Counted from the whole stretch's first letter, positions 13,216 through 26,880 are shown. The stretch is 63,899 nt of DNA, filler included, from Octopus bimaculoides (GCF_001194135.2; 4 parts of 3 records of this genome joined end to end with filler, not necessarily neighbours in it), one strand, 5' to 3'. Translations and numbers: made by a program. Notes: generated by a model not told the origin, from the sequence alone.

Positions 13216-13680
13216 TGTGTGTGTGTACGTGCGCTTGGGCTTATCGTACACCACCACCACCACCACTTGACAAACGATGTGTTGGTTTGTTTATGTCCCC
13301 GTAAGTTAGTGCTTCGACAAAAGAGCGATACAATAAACATGCGACTTAAAAAATAGAAACGAAGTACTGGGGCGATTCAAGGCACTGCTCCAGTATGACC
13401 ACAGTCCAAACACTGAGCTAAGTAAAGGATAGAAAGTTTCGTTTTCACTTTTAGTTTCATTTCGTCATTCCCATCATGTTCTAATTCTCCGCCCATCTAC
13501 GGGCACATTTGAATATTTTAAAAAATTAATTCGTTTTTCTTTTCTATAAATATTACAAGGAAGTTAATAGACTGATATTATCCGTTTGGCTGCGAGCAAC
13601 AGTTCGTGGGCGTGGGTGGCGTCATCGCTCCGAATTAAACTAACCTCACCCAATCAGAGCTGGCGACATTGGGTTAAATA

Positions 13681-13865
13681 TTGGGTTGTCCGGAAAGTTC
13701 ATGCCGATTTTTAAAGGAAAGAAAAAGGTCAATAAATACTTGCCATTACGTTTTTAACCAATCAAATATGAACCATTTTGTTGCACAGTGCGTCTCCATC
13801 TTTCCTTTAACTTGAAAATACCCTCTTCCCAGAATTGAGGTGGTTTCATGACAAATAAGTCGAAA
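13681..13865 (-). mobile_element. Mariner 3'-end fragment with right TIR
   Basis: TA followed by TTGGGTTGTCCGGAAAGTTCATGCCGATTT, a mariner-type TIR. Minus frame LFVMKPPQFWEEGIFKLKERWRRTVQQNGSYLIG* matches the mariner transposase C-terminus. Confidence 0.85.
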
Positions 13866-14231
13866 GGTAAGCTACTATAAATCGGCACGAACTTTCCGAA
13901 CAACCCAATAATTTATACACACACACAAACACACCATTTGCCATTGTGATTAAAAGGTTCGCTTCGCAACTATACATGCTTTTGGTTCGATCCCACCTCA
14001 CGGCACTTGGAACATTATATGCCTTCTTACAGAGTGCGGCAAAACCCATCAGACACTTCAGAGATTGATAAACGTTTAAACAACAAACGCATAACACACA
14101 ACAAGCCCAAAACCATGATATGTTACTGTTTCTAGTTAGTTACTATCATCTACACAAGCTGGCACCGTGCTGTCAAAAATGACGGCTAATTGTAGTGTTT
14201 TATATATAAACATGGATGGTAAATCTTTTCT

Positions 14232-17200
14232 ACTCTAGGCACAAGGCCCAAAATTTTTGGGGAAGGGGCCAGTCGATTAGATTGACTCAGTATGTAACTG
14301 GTACTTAATTTATCGATCCCGAAAGGGTGAAAGGCAAAGTCGACCTCGGCGGAATTTGAACTCAGAACGTTGCTGTTGTTGGCAACAGCCTGCTCGTGAA
14401 ATTAACGTGCAAGTGGCTGAGAAATCCATAGACACGTGTACTCTTAACGAAGTTCTCGAGGAGATTCAGCGCGACACAGTGTGACAAGGCTGGCCCTTTG
14501 AAATAAATACAACAGAAACAGGAAGATACAGTGAGAGAAAGCTAATCGAATTTGCGCTTGTAGACAGTTGAGTCCGCTGCCCTAACCACTGGGCCATTGC
14601 GCCTCCACTCTCAGAACGTAAAGAGAGACGAAATACCGCTAAGCAATTCACNNNNNNNNNNCCATTGCGCCTCCACTCTCAGAACGTAAAGAGAGACGAA
14701 ATACCGCTAAGCAATTCACCCGGCGTGCTAAAGATTCTGTCAGCTCGCAGCCTTATATGGATGGTGAATCAAATTAATAGTCATTATTGTTATCTCCGCG
14801 GAGGAGACAAGGGTATTAACATGTATACAACTGTTGCACAATGTGCGTTAAAAAAAGTTAACACAAAAATAGGTATTGGGGATTTGAACCCAGAACGCAA
14901 AGAACAAGTCCTGATGTTCTAGCGATTCTGCAGCCTTTAAATTCACGAACGGCAGCTCATATTCTAAAGTTTTGTAAGAAACGCGGCGATCAGGCAGAAT
15001 AGTTAGCACACCGGACAAAACGCTTAGCGGCATTTCGTCCGTCTTTACGTACTGAGTTCAAATGTCACCGAGGTCAGCTGTCTTTCATCCTTTCGGGGAC
15101 AATGAAATCAGTACTAGTCTAGAACACCGGAGTCGATCTAATTGGCTACACCACCCAACCCAAAAAATTTCAGGTCTTGTGCCCACAAGAAAAGGGATTA
15201 AAGTAATATAAGCCCAACTTTGCATAAAGGATCCGGGGTAATATTTGTTTTTAAAGTATTTTCTTTAGGGAAATGCATCGTCTATGCAATCAAATACGGT
15301 AATAATATTGAATCTAAGTTTTGGCACAAAGCCAGCAATTTCGGGGGAGGGGTAGGTCGATTACATCAACCCCAGTACTCAATTGGTACTTATTTTATCG
15401 ACCCCAAGGGATGAAAAGAAAAGTCGACCTCATCGAAATTTGAACTCTGAATTTAGAGACGGACGAAATTTTACCTGGGCTGCTAACCACCCTATAGTAT
15501 TAATTCATCTCCATTTTTTTTTTTTTTTGGCAAGTATGAACTTAATCGAACTCAGTGAATTTGTGTCTTTAAAACAGGACAAATATTTTAATTAACACAG
15601 TCAAGATATGGTCGCGGAAATGAACGAAATTAAATACTAAATACGATATTGTCATGACAAAAATTTTATTTAAAAATAAACAATAAACATAGAATACACA
15701 ATGAACTGAAGCCAATGGCATCACTGATATGTTTAAGGTGTCGGCAATAACTTCAAGATTGACAGATTTTATTAGAAAAAAAACAAAAAAAAAAAACAAG
15801 AGATACAATGGACGAACGTCGCAAACATCACAAATTTGAAGTTATCGGCAACGACAAGGGAAGTAACTATTGTTATACTGTGCTAAAGTATCATACAAAA
15901 TTAGGTTTGGGAAAGTGAAACGCAAAGTTACGTAGTTTTATCAGACGTTTTCAGCAGTTTGCATTGTTCAGACATTTATATTATACATAAAACTACATTA
16001 AAAAATATATATACTGTAAATAATAAGATTCTAAAAAGCAGTTTTATTTTTTTTTATTTACATGAGTCAACATCTATGAAGCGACTCGGCCTCTTGGAAA
16101 TAGCTGTCTTGTTTCAAATTTCAACAGAAGGGCAGCATTTTTTGAGAAAGACAGTTTGTTGATTACATCTACCCAATACCTCACCAATAGTTTACCTTTC
16201 ATCATTGTGAGATCAATAAGGTTGATCTCAACTCTATTTGAGCTCAGCACGCCGGATGAAATTGTCAGCGGCATTTCTTTCAATTTTATGTTCCAACTAA
16301 AGGATCTGAACTCCGAAAGGTAAAGACGGACGAAACGCCGCTAAGCATTTTTTTCCGGTGTGCTAACAATTCAGTCAGCTCGCCGCCTTAAGAGTACAGT
16401 CGACAATGCAATGTGTAGCATTACTAAATATGCGCGATGGTCACAAGATAGCGGTTCTCCAGGCCACAAAAATGAAAAGTGTACACTGGAAAGGTCAGAC
16501 CCTGAATATAATTCAGGGATCGACCCTATAGAGACTATAACAAACTATAGCGATGGAATCAATAAAATAAAGTGTCGTCTTGGTGATATTTGTATTGAAA
16601 ATGGGTTACTGCAAAGCAGCTTGTCCAACGTTTTAAGTCTGCCGTAATGGTTTCTAAAGTAAGCATAAGGCTAACAATTTTGAAAGAAGGAATAATCAAC
16701 TATATCTACCCTGGAGAAATGAAAGACCTGATCTCAACGCGATTTGAAACCTGAACATGAGGAGCAACAAGTCCTTTTTTTTTTTCAGACGCTCTCACCA
16801 TTCTGCTAATACATTACCATACATTATTTCTACAACAGGCATATGGTCAGCAATTCGAGAAAATATGGTTATTTCATAAGACTGGCCCCTATAACTCACA
16901 TACTTTATTTTCTCGACCATAGAAGGATGAATTGCAAACTTGAATTCAGCAGAATTTGATACCAGAACACAAAGAACTGGAAACAAATACCGCAAAGCAT
17001 TTTTTGCGGTGCAGTAACGACTACCAGCTCACAGACTTATTCTGCTATTGTTCCAACACAGAAAACCTGAAATGTAAGGGAAGTAGTTGACTAAATCGAA
17101 CCTTATACCGGATTTTATTGACACTGGAAGGATGAAAGACAAACTAACTTCAGGATTTGAACAGAAATGCAAAGGGTTGATTCTGCCGTCATCCTTTAAA

Positions 17201-18800
17201 ACTAGTACAAAGGTGAGGGTAATTGATTAAATAGACTTTAATACTAGATTTTACTTTAACCACTCCGGAAGGATGAATGGCAAAGCTGACCGCAACAGAA
17301 TCTGAGCGCAAAGCATTTTGCCCAACGTCCAAATAATTTAACATATGTACAACAGAAATTTGTTGGGAGAGGAGCAGACGATTATTAACCTCAAAGCATG
17401 CACCTCTTCCCCAGCTAACCAACAGAGTGAAAAGTTGGCCGTGGAAGTATTTGAACTCAAACCCTAAGATATTTTATCCAGAATCTACTGCGTAATAATA
17501 CCTTGAATCTTCAATCAAGAGCAATTTTGAGTGGAGGAGGAAGTAGGGTAAACTTACCCACTTCCACGACGGTTTCCTTAATTTTCCGGAAAACGGATTT
17601 TTTTTCGTTTGTTTTACTAGAATTTTCTACAGATACTTCTCACACTTTGTAGATAGCAATTGTATTGAAATTTAAAGTTTTTTATTTTTTTTGCCGGGGA
17701 GAGAGAGGTTTCGGATGAATTCATACGAGTAGATTGCTTCTTCAGATCTTTCATAAAAACATTTTTCTAAAAATTTAAGCAAATAACTTTCATAAGGTGC
17801 GAAAATTACGATTGTTTTGGAATGTGAAAAAAAGTTGGTGGGTGCGCGCGCACACGCACTGTCTACAAAATGAAACTCGAAATCTTGCAAAAATGTGAGG
17901 TGTTTTAGAATGAAAGTGTGCGAATCGGCCACTTTTTTTCTCCACCTTAAATTCTGATTTAATCAGATTCTACACTATCCGAAAAGTACTTGTAGCAATT
18001 TTCAGGAAAACTGTTCGCTTTCTGAAAGTTGGAAAGGGAACAAAATTTAGGTGTACACTTGTAAAGATGGGTCGGAAGTTGATTACATGGACCTCAGCGA
18101 TCAACTGGTACTTTTTATCAATCCTAAAAATGAGGTACACCAAAGAGTCGATCTCGGCAGCATTTGAACTCGTTAGAAATGCTAAGCATTTTGTCCGGCG
18201 CGCTCATGGTTCTGCCACCTCGCCGCCTTCGTAATAATGGTTTCAAATTTTGCCCCAAGGGCATCAATTTTAGAGGAGGGGACGAGTTGATTACATCAAC
18301 CCAGTGTTCAACTGGTACTTAACCCCGAAAGGATGAAAGGCGAAGTCGACTTCGGCGGAATTTGAACTCGTAATGTAGCGACGGACAGAATACCACTAAG
18401 CATTTCGTTCATAACGCTAACGATTCTTATTTCTTTATTGCCCACAAGGGGTTAAACAGAGGAGACAAACAACGTTTAAGTCGATTAGATCGACCCCTGT
18501 GCATAACTGGTACTTAATTTATCGACCTCGAAAGGATGAAAGGCAAAGTCGACCCCGGCGGAATTTGAACTCAGAACATAAAGACTGACGAAATACCGCT
18601 AATCATTTTGCCCGGCGTGCTAATGATTCTGCCAGCTCACCACCTTAATAATAATGATGGTGGTAGTGGTTCCTGATTTGGGAATAAGGCCAGTAAATTT
18701 GAGGAGAGGGAAGGAGTTAAATCGACCCTATACTTCACTGGTACTTTAATCCTGGAGGGAGACAGGCGAAGCTGAAACTGAACGAACGCTCTGACGATTC
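14232..18800. mobile_element. Dense cluster of tRNA-derived SINE family B copies
   Basis: About a dozen full or partial copies sharing GTCGACTTTGCCTTTCATCCTTTCGGGGTCGATAAATTAAGTACCAG and a GAGTTCAAATTCC B box, mostly on the minus strand. Further copies at about 25850-26060(-), 35415-35620(-), 46200-46435(-), 48157-48350(+), 50370-50720(+), 51405-51612(-) and 58010-58330(+). Confidence 0.9.
14371..14606 (-). mobile_element. SINE nested inside a family-B SINE, with target-site duplication
   Basis: CTCAGAACGT occurs at 14361-14370 and 14610-14619 on either side of the insert. The insert head (revcomp GGAGGCGCAATGGCCCAGTGGTTAGGGCAGCGGACTC) matches the SINE at 58978. Confidence 0.8.
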
Positions 18801-19559
18801 TGCCAGTTTCCCCCACCTCCCTATTCAGCTCTAATAATATGCTTCCTTGGTTAAGTCCCTTTAATACCTTTGGATGGTTGAGTTGTTACTTTACAGATTA
18901 ATTTTTTGTAATATACTTCAGTGATACTTAACTACTACCAGATCCACCTAAGCAAACTAGTTGGTCGTAATTAGCAATAAGTGGATATCTGAGAATCAAA
19001 ACTAGTGTCATTAAGCCTAATTTAAAGGTGATGACAGTGATAAAACAGTCCTGTTTTTAAATCAATTCAACTTAATACCTCTGGTATATTTAGAAACACT
19101 CGATAAGCCCTAAGCCGCTTACATAGTCACGCTCCTGCTAGAAATAGCAGTAAAATCTCCTTCAAATCACATCCTATTGTCATTTTAAGACATACGACAG
19201 GATAATCACGGTGGAACGCCTTTGATCGTGGGTCTCTTGGTTCAAGAATGACCAGGGGTTAAACAACTTCCGTAAATATTACAACGGTTCCATTACTGTC
19301 ACCGACCAGCCGTATGTAAATGCATGTTACCCCTATTTGCATGCATAATAGAGCTGTGACACTTCAGTCTGCTAGAAAAAGGTCAAATCTGAAGATGCAG
19401 TCTAGAAAAGGAAAGGACACATTAGATGATGTAGTCTTAGATATGCAATGCCAGAGAGAAAGACTGGTTAAAACTAGAATTATGCTTCTTGATCGTAGTT
19501 TCATTCAGTCAACAGCTTACGGGGTTTTTACACGACTACAATAGCAGTGATAGTTGTTG

Positions 19560-22090
19560 TTTAGCATGCCTCTACTCCGTCTTACAACCAAACAGCGACA
19601 CGGGGGCTCAATTCATGGTTCTCATCAACCCGTCCTCTTAAATGAAGGGTGCACTGCTTTGGAGTAGCTCAGCGCTTCCGCGTGTGCAAACCATACAAAT
19701 GTCGTGAGTTCGGCCTGCACCCGCTATTATGCCAACTTAGTGCAGGCCAGTTCCCTCAACACGCCATACTCGTCATCAAGAAGAGCACCGATGTAGCTGG
19801 CTTCTCACCACAACTGGAACTAGCTGACCTCGACCGTGGCGATGGTAAGCGCCAGACGGAATAACCCTTTTCCCCTAATCTAGGACACGACGTGTTGCGA
19901 CTTGTCTGCCTCCAGCCTTGTTGCTTCGGTAGCAAACCCAGACTGCCCACTCCTTTACATAACCAGTCGCTGTCAAGACTTCCACTGACCTCCGGACCCG
20001 CACGGCCGATTTCCTCCACAAAAGCAGAAAAGAATCCCGTGAAGCAGTGTGGTTGTTGCAGCACGTCACACGCCTTCTCCGTGGCAATGCCTTTATCTTG
20101 TCTGCGTGGCATAGATGAATCCCCACTCGGACTGAGGGAGGGAGTAGAGTGTCCCTCCATCTCTCCCTTTCATTACTTAATTCTGAATTTGCCTTCCTCG
20201 TTTCCCCCCCCCCCTTCATTTAAACAGGACTGACTNNNNNNNNNNTTGCCTTCCTCGTTTCCCCCCCCCCCTTCATTTAAACAGGACTGACTGAAATAAA
20301 GCTGAAGTAAAAAAAAGTGATATGAACCAGCGACCCTTCTGACAAAATTGTCCAAAACTCACCATTCGGCCAAGGCACAAAAGAGAAAGACGAGAAGAAA
20401 TAGATAAATTAGTTCCTTTGAACTAACTTAACAAAAAAAAAAATTTAGAAAGTTTAAATATTTGTCTTGTTACGCACTGTTATGTCTGCAAGAGGTAAAA
20501 CTTACGAGATCTAATACAGAAATCTAACAAGGCCAATAAAATATCACAACGCCAAAACAGAAACATTGATTCCATGCGGGGACCTCCAAGTAATCGCTCG
20601 GTTTGTTAGAAATAGCAGCCAAAAACAATTTACCGTCTAGTAAAAAGAGAAAAAGATAACTTTTCTGGAAAAAATTTGATTATAAGTGAACAGAGCCAGA
20701 GCTGACCTGTGGGCGAAATAACGAGCGCTCATGGGGCCTCAAGTACTGGTTGGTTACGGAACTAGTTCAACGGGAAGACTTAGATTGCTCAGTAGCTCTG
20801 TAAAGTAGAAAACGATATGAATTACTACACACACATACACGTCAATGACTCATCATATAGGCATCTCTGTCTCAAGGAACATTGCCTTGACGTTTTAGGA
20901 GAGCTGACGTCTGTGGGAGGAGCTATGCCGGCGGGTTCTACCATACCGGATTGGTTCTCTCATTTTGGACAAACTAAAGGTGTTCCATTCTCCTAAAGCG
21001 GTTCCAGTTGATAGGAGACCAAGTTGTGCATGGGTGATCTGACTGGAAGGCGTGGGGTTCTTCGTTGTCGGGGTGGGATGTTCTGGTCGTGGAGCCTGCA
21101 ACCATGAGTCCTTCACCGACTGAGTTCCACATGTCGGCCCAGTGAGTGAGCTGCATCTCTTGGTGCCTTGTGCGCTTCTAATCCGAGGCTGGCTCTGGTT
21201 TTTCATACGACATTAGGGTGGGTCTGTGCTTGTGTGTGTGTGTGTGGGGGGTCCGAGTTTGAGAATTAGGGATGGTTTTTGTGGCTGTACGGGAGGTTCC
21301 TGTTAGGTGCCAGAAGATGCAATCGGGCCCGGTTGGCGCGTTGACCAGCAGCGGCTTTGCATCAGGAGGTGTTTTTTATGATCTGGGTGAGACTAGTTGC
21401 TGGCAGTTTTATACCGGTGATGCGGTTCCTTGCGCCTCTATAGGTCACCTTAATCGATCAGGCGTTTACATCTGGAAAATGCCGCAAATCAGTATGACGA
21501 AAAATGATAAAACAAGAAGCATGCGGCAGCCAGGCGCTGATAAACCAGTAGCCTATAAAATGTAGAAAGTAGATCAACAGAAACTCTAGGCATGCCGTGG
21601 CGAAAAGCTACCTTTCATCTGGGCAGACAACGTCTGGTTTGGTCCATTGTATTTCAGCTAACCCCTCACCGTTTTGTACTCTTCTACCGAAGTTGATTTA
21701 TCCCGACTGACCCTTTGCAGGTCGAATCTCGATCGATTTGTTCTAAACTACGGTTTCTACTCTAGTTCTCAGGTGAGCAACTCCCCATTTGCCTCGCCGA
21801 GGACCCTGCCCTCACTTTCGGGGTCTTCCCTCTGACTTTGCTCTCGAACATACGACCAGAACCCTTTTGTAGATGACCTCATCTTCGAGATCCCATGCTC
21901 GTTGATCTCTGTATCATGCCCGCAACACTTTTCGGGCCCAGCCGCCTACGAGCAAAGATCTGTTTACCAATGCAGCAAATGTTGTAGAGATGGGTAACAA
22001 CCTTCACTCAATAAGGTTCCACTAGTCGGTGCAGTGATTCCGGTGGCCCTGACCCATCCCCATATGAAGCCTCCATATGGCTGTAGGTCG
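19560..22090. mobile_element. GC-rich unclassified segments, probably decayed retroelement sequence
   Basis: Blocks at about 19560-20160 and 20890-22090 are clearly more GC/CpG-rich than the flanks and have broken 60-135 aa frames. I could not recognise a diagnostic motif. Confidence 0.3.
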
Positions 22091-24907
22091 AGCGACAGAC
22101 ATTGTGTTGGCGAATAAACGATTGTAATAGGGTTATTGCTAAATGTTACTTTGCCATATTAAAAAATTGGGACGGCGGGATTGTAGGTGGAGAAAATTCT
22201 ACCCACCTGCTCCAAGGCCACAATAAAAGCGCTGATTTTTGCCTTGGAACAATATTACCGCTACTCAACGAATCTTTTACAAATTTAGAATAATGTAAGT
22301 ACAATCCCAGGTACAAGCTCTTTTCAGGGAAAGAATTAAAAGGAAAATGTCAAGCTCTTTCCATGCCATACAACAGGATCGAACTCAGAACCTTGTGATT
22401 GCAAAACGAACTTCTTAACTCCCTCGTACGTACGCACACATACACACACAACTTGCGACAAATCCAAACAGGTAAAGAAGTGTTTCGAAGTGACTGTATC
22501 AGCAACTTGGATTTTCCTCCTCGTGTTAGGGCACCTCAGTCACCATTCATCACAAACCGATTAAACTAAAGCAGCGTGAATTGGAGTGACTTGCTCAAGG
22601 ACGCAATCTGCCACTCGATGCAGGAACTTGCACCCTTATAATGAACCAGATACCTAACCCCGAGGCCAGATGCCCGACTTCCCTAAATGGAACGGAAAAA
22701 AATGAAAGGAACCTTCGTCAATTTCAACGATGAACGCTGCAATTATTCTATCGACCAAACTACTTCTTCACTGAATTGAAAGATAAGTGTGACAAGGCCG
22801 ACCCTTTGAATCAATGACGCTATACAATCACAGAATTCCGAATAAATTTCTTTCAGAAGCCTTTGATCAACAAGAAGCCACTGTAAAAAATACTTTCTCG
22901 TAATACCATACAATAGGATCGAACTCAGAATCTAACCTCTTAATCTCCTCGTACGTACGTACACACACAACCTGTGACCAAACCGAACAATATTTTCCAT
23001 CCATCACAAACCGAGCAAACTAAATCAGCGTGAATTGGGGTGACTTGCTCAAGGATGCAATCTGCCACTCGATGCAAGAACTTGCAACCTCATCGGAGCG
23101 ACTTGCTCAGGGACGCTGTCTGCTACTCAAAGTAGGAACTCAACTTGCAACTTTAGATTATGAACCAGATGCCCAACACTTAGGCCACGCACCTTCCCAA
23201 AATGGAAATGCAAAACTGAAAGGAATCATTGTCAGTTTCGACAATGAACACTCCAATTATTCCATCAACCAAACTACCTATTCATTGAATTATAAGGCAA
23301 GTGGATTAGCAGGACAGTGTGACAAGGCCTACCCTTTAAATTAATGGGTTAAGCATCTTCTGCCAGAGGCCATGTAAGATTTGAACCCAAAGAACCAAAA
23401 AAAATACAAGGGATCCAGGCTAATGTTTTTAGAGTTCTGCCAAACCACTGCCATGGATTTTTTTCCCCCAAGGACCAATACAGTTTTGCTTTCTGGAGCC
23501 TCGACTTAGACCTGCAGGATTGCCTGTGGGGGGCAAATTACCTGGTTGAGGAAGAAAGGTAAGAGGCTCAGCGCCTCATCTTGTAAGGATGATTGAGTCC
23601 TTTCTTTGAACTTTGGTAAGAGGTTCAATACCGCATTGTGTTGTCGAGAAAAAGAGAATGTTTCCAGGAAGCAACAATCAGCAGGCATTGTCTGCTTCCC
23701 TCACCAACCATCTTTTCATTCCATTATCGTTTGCGTCTTTGTCCAGCCTGCAGCTACATCTTTGTAAGGATGCATGGCCAATTTATGAAATAAAGTCAGA
23801 GTACAATGTCAATAGCAGAAAGCTGATCCTAACTTGAAGCCCAAGGTAAGCATTATTGGGGGATAACAGGACAACTGAACGATATAACCCATCAGGATTA
23901 TACCTGTGATATCAAATAGGGAGAGTTGAGATTTTGGCAGCAGATTTTATTATTTCTTCTGTTCTTGGAACAGGTGAAGAAGTCTTCCCTTTGCTTAAAC
24001 TAGAAACCACTTAGAACCAGCCAGCTGTGACAAGGTATGCAGTTTACAAATGATCAGGGTTAAAATAGAAAAAAAAAAAAAAAGTCCCTGCATAAACTAA
24101 GTCTTAAGACATGAAGGGAAGAAATTTAAAGAATATTCCGAAACAACTTTTGCCATACCTGTTTATTCTTAAGATAATGACAGTTATCAAACTGCTAGAA
24201 ACAGCAGCCAAATCTCTCAAATCACATCCTACTACAATTTAAAAAGAAAGAAAGACAATATAGTCTCGGGGGGACACCACTTCTGGAGAGACAGGATGTT
24301 CTGGACAACAGCCACAAGTCTATTCCTTGAGGGCCAAGCTGATAATCAGAAATATCTCCTTACACCTGGAGATAATTGTGTCCCTGTAATCTTATCTTTT
24401 GTTTGTCATTTATACTACAGCCATGTTGGGGCTGCCCTTCAATTTTTAGTCAAGGGAATCAATACCAGTTTTCACTTTTGTGGGGGAGAGGAATAGATGA
24501 ACAGATTTTACACACACACACACACACACACAGAAGCTTCTTTCAGTTTCGATCTGCCATATCTACTCAAGGCTTTGGTTGGCCTGAGGCTCTAGAAGAC
24601 TTGCCCAAGGTGCCATGCAATGGGACTGAACCCAGAGCCATGTGGTTTAGAAGCAAGTCTCTTACCACACAGGCACAGGATTAAAATTATATATATGGTG
24701 CCAGGACAGTGTGTGACCATATATTTGGCAACAAATCCAGTAACAGACAAACTGGGCTGGTCAGCAGTCACACCCAACCATCCATTGTACAATCTGGAAT
24801 TAGTGCTGAGGTGGTGGCTGTTGAAGAGATGCCAATATTTCTACAGATGCTTAGAGAAAACAGGCCTTGTAAGGTCAGTACTAAATCATTGTCTTTCAGC
24901 AGTGTAT

Positions 24908-25160
24908 CATCGTCATTTATCATCCGCTTTCTATGCTATCATGGGTTGGACAGTTTGACAGGAGCCAGCTCTAGACTTCTGTTTTAGCATAGTTTTTATG
25001 GCTGGATGCCCTTCCTAACACCAACCACCCAGCAGAGTGGGCCAAATGCTTTTTATGTGGCACAAGCACAGGCGAGGTCAGTCTTCACAAGGTTTTTACA
25101 GTGGGATGCCCTTCCAAATGCTAACCACTTTACAGTGTGGACTATGCTTTTTACATGGAA
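24908..25160 (-). mobile_element. RTE-LINE 3'-tail-derived repeat
   Basis: Reverse complement resembles the 3' end at 63780-63899 (TCCAACCCA..CATGG..GGA.GTTAAACGATGATG). Similar fragments at about 28950-29100 and 36750-36870. Confidence 0.7.
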
Positions 25161-26489
25161 GTTTATTCTACAAGTTATAGACAGAAATTGAACTTTGGAG
25201 GGTTAGCCAAGCAAACAGACCCTGTGTGGGGCTAAACCAGGCAAGTGTAACTGAAGCACCACAAGTTTAACCAAAACAAACCAAAACCCCTGCAGAGAGT
25301 AACAGTTCAGATGCTGTAGGGGACAATCAGACCAGCCAAACCAAACCATTATGTGGTTAGTCCGACTCTTCAGTTAACAGTGGCTTAAATACTAGTATGT
25401 GGTATTTATTTTCAACTAAGTGGATCAGATTTAGGGGAGTTATGGGCATTGGCCACAGAAATATCAGCAAAAGATACAAAACACTCTTCAGCAGATATTC
25501 AGGCTAAATTATTGATTTAAGATTTAAATATATTCGCATATTACATAGATTAAACAAATTACACAAACATCAATAGTTGGGTTGGAAAGGGAAAGTCAAC
25601 ATCAAGGATTTAAGACCAGGCTGAGAAGTTTGTAGAAAAGGGCATTCTACTCTGGAGTGGCCTTCCTCCTCCGTACCAGCTCCATATAAAAATTAGAAGG
25701 TTTATATTAAAATTTTGTTGAAAATATTTGCTTCTATCTTCATGACAAGACCAGTAATTTTGAGGTAAGCAGGCAAGTCAATGACTGACCCCAATACTTC
25801 ACTGGGACTATTTTAATCAACGCCGTCTTCTCCATTTACAGTACTATTCATTTACTGCCCACAAGGGGCTAAACATAGAGGGGACAAACAAAGTGATTAA
25901 GTCGATTACATCGACCCCAGTGCATAACTGGTACTTAATTTATCGACTACGAAAGGATGAAAGGGAAAGTTGACCTCGGCGAAATTTGAACCCAGAACGT
26001 GACGACAGACGAAATACCGCTAAGCATTTCGCCCAGTGCACTAACGTTTCTGCCAGCTCCATCTACTGTACAGCTTGGACTTGGTGCCTTCCAACTTCCA
26101 CCAGTGCGCTATTCGATCTTTAATAAATTGGTGAAAATCTTACTCCACCACATCAAACTTAAGATCCATAATAGCCTCTCTAAATAGACAAACTCCAACA
26201 TCAGACTGCTACACACCCAAATCCTGACACTGGGTATGCCAAGACAATGTGCGACCACAAAATTGAAAAATCAAGCAACAGGCAAACTGGGCTGGTCAGC
26301 TGTCTCCATCTACTGTCCCACTTGGTGCCATCCAACGTCCACCAGTCCAATGATAGAATATTTGGAGATGACCAATGACAAATGGTGACAGGGTGAGAAG
26401 AGATGAGTAGAGCAGGGGAGGTGTTGCACCTACACTGAACCTAACTTTACTGGCAACGAACTCGCTCGAATGTCTTTTCACGTGCTACT

Positions 26490-26880
26490 GAGTCAAGGGA
26501 CAAGCATAGCGAACATATAGAAGAGGGTTTTCAAACGAATAAGTGATTATGGATTTAAAGTAAGGGAGGATAAATGTGAATTTTGTTTTTACCAAAATAA
26601 AGTACTTAGGACAGGTGATCGATGAAAAAGGACGAAGACCAGACCCTTCTAGGATTGACACGATAAAATAAAATGCCTGCTCCCACTAACAAAACAACAC
26701 TACAAGCATTTTTAGGTTTGGCAAGTTATTACCAGTTGTACATACCTAAAATGTATGAGCCAAGAGTTCCATTGAACAAATTACAAAAGGACATGAAATG
26801 GAGCTGAACAAACGAATGTCAGAAATCATTTGAGGAACTAAAAAAGCGGTTAACTTCCGAGTTATCATTAACTCATTGTA
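26490..26880 (+). mobile_element. Ty3/gypsy pol fragment (RT thumb/connection)
   Basis: RVFKRISDYGFKVREDKCEF..KIKYLGQVIDEKGRRPDPSRIDTIK.MPAPTNKTTLQAFLGLASYYQLYIPKM...PLNKLQKDMKWS*..CQKSFEELKKRLTSE, with frameshifts. Confidence 0.92.

Noticed and set aside
13575-13680. Promoter-like cluster (GGGCGTGG, GCGTCA, CCAATCAG)
   Set aside because: No adjacent exon or gene can be identified; short motifs arise by chance next to a mariner end.
14584-14712. Direct duplications flanking about 10-N gaps (also 20186-20292 and 62655-62745)
   Set aside because: Near-identical sequence on both sides of a tiny gap indicates unmerged contig overlap, not a real duplication.
17530-18030. Possible MITE with internal palindromes
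   Set aside because: Terminal matches are too weak to define TIRs or a TSD.
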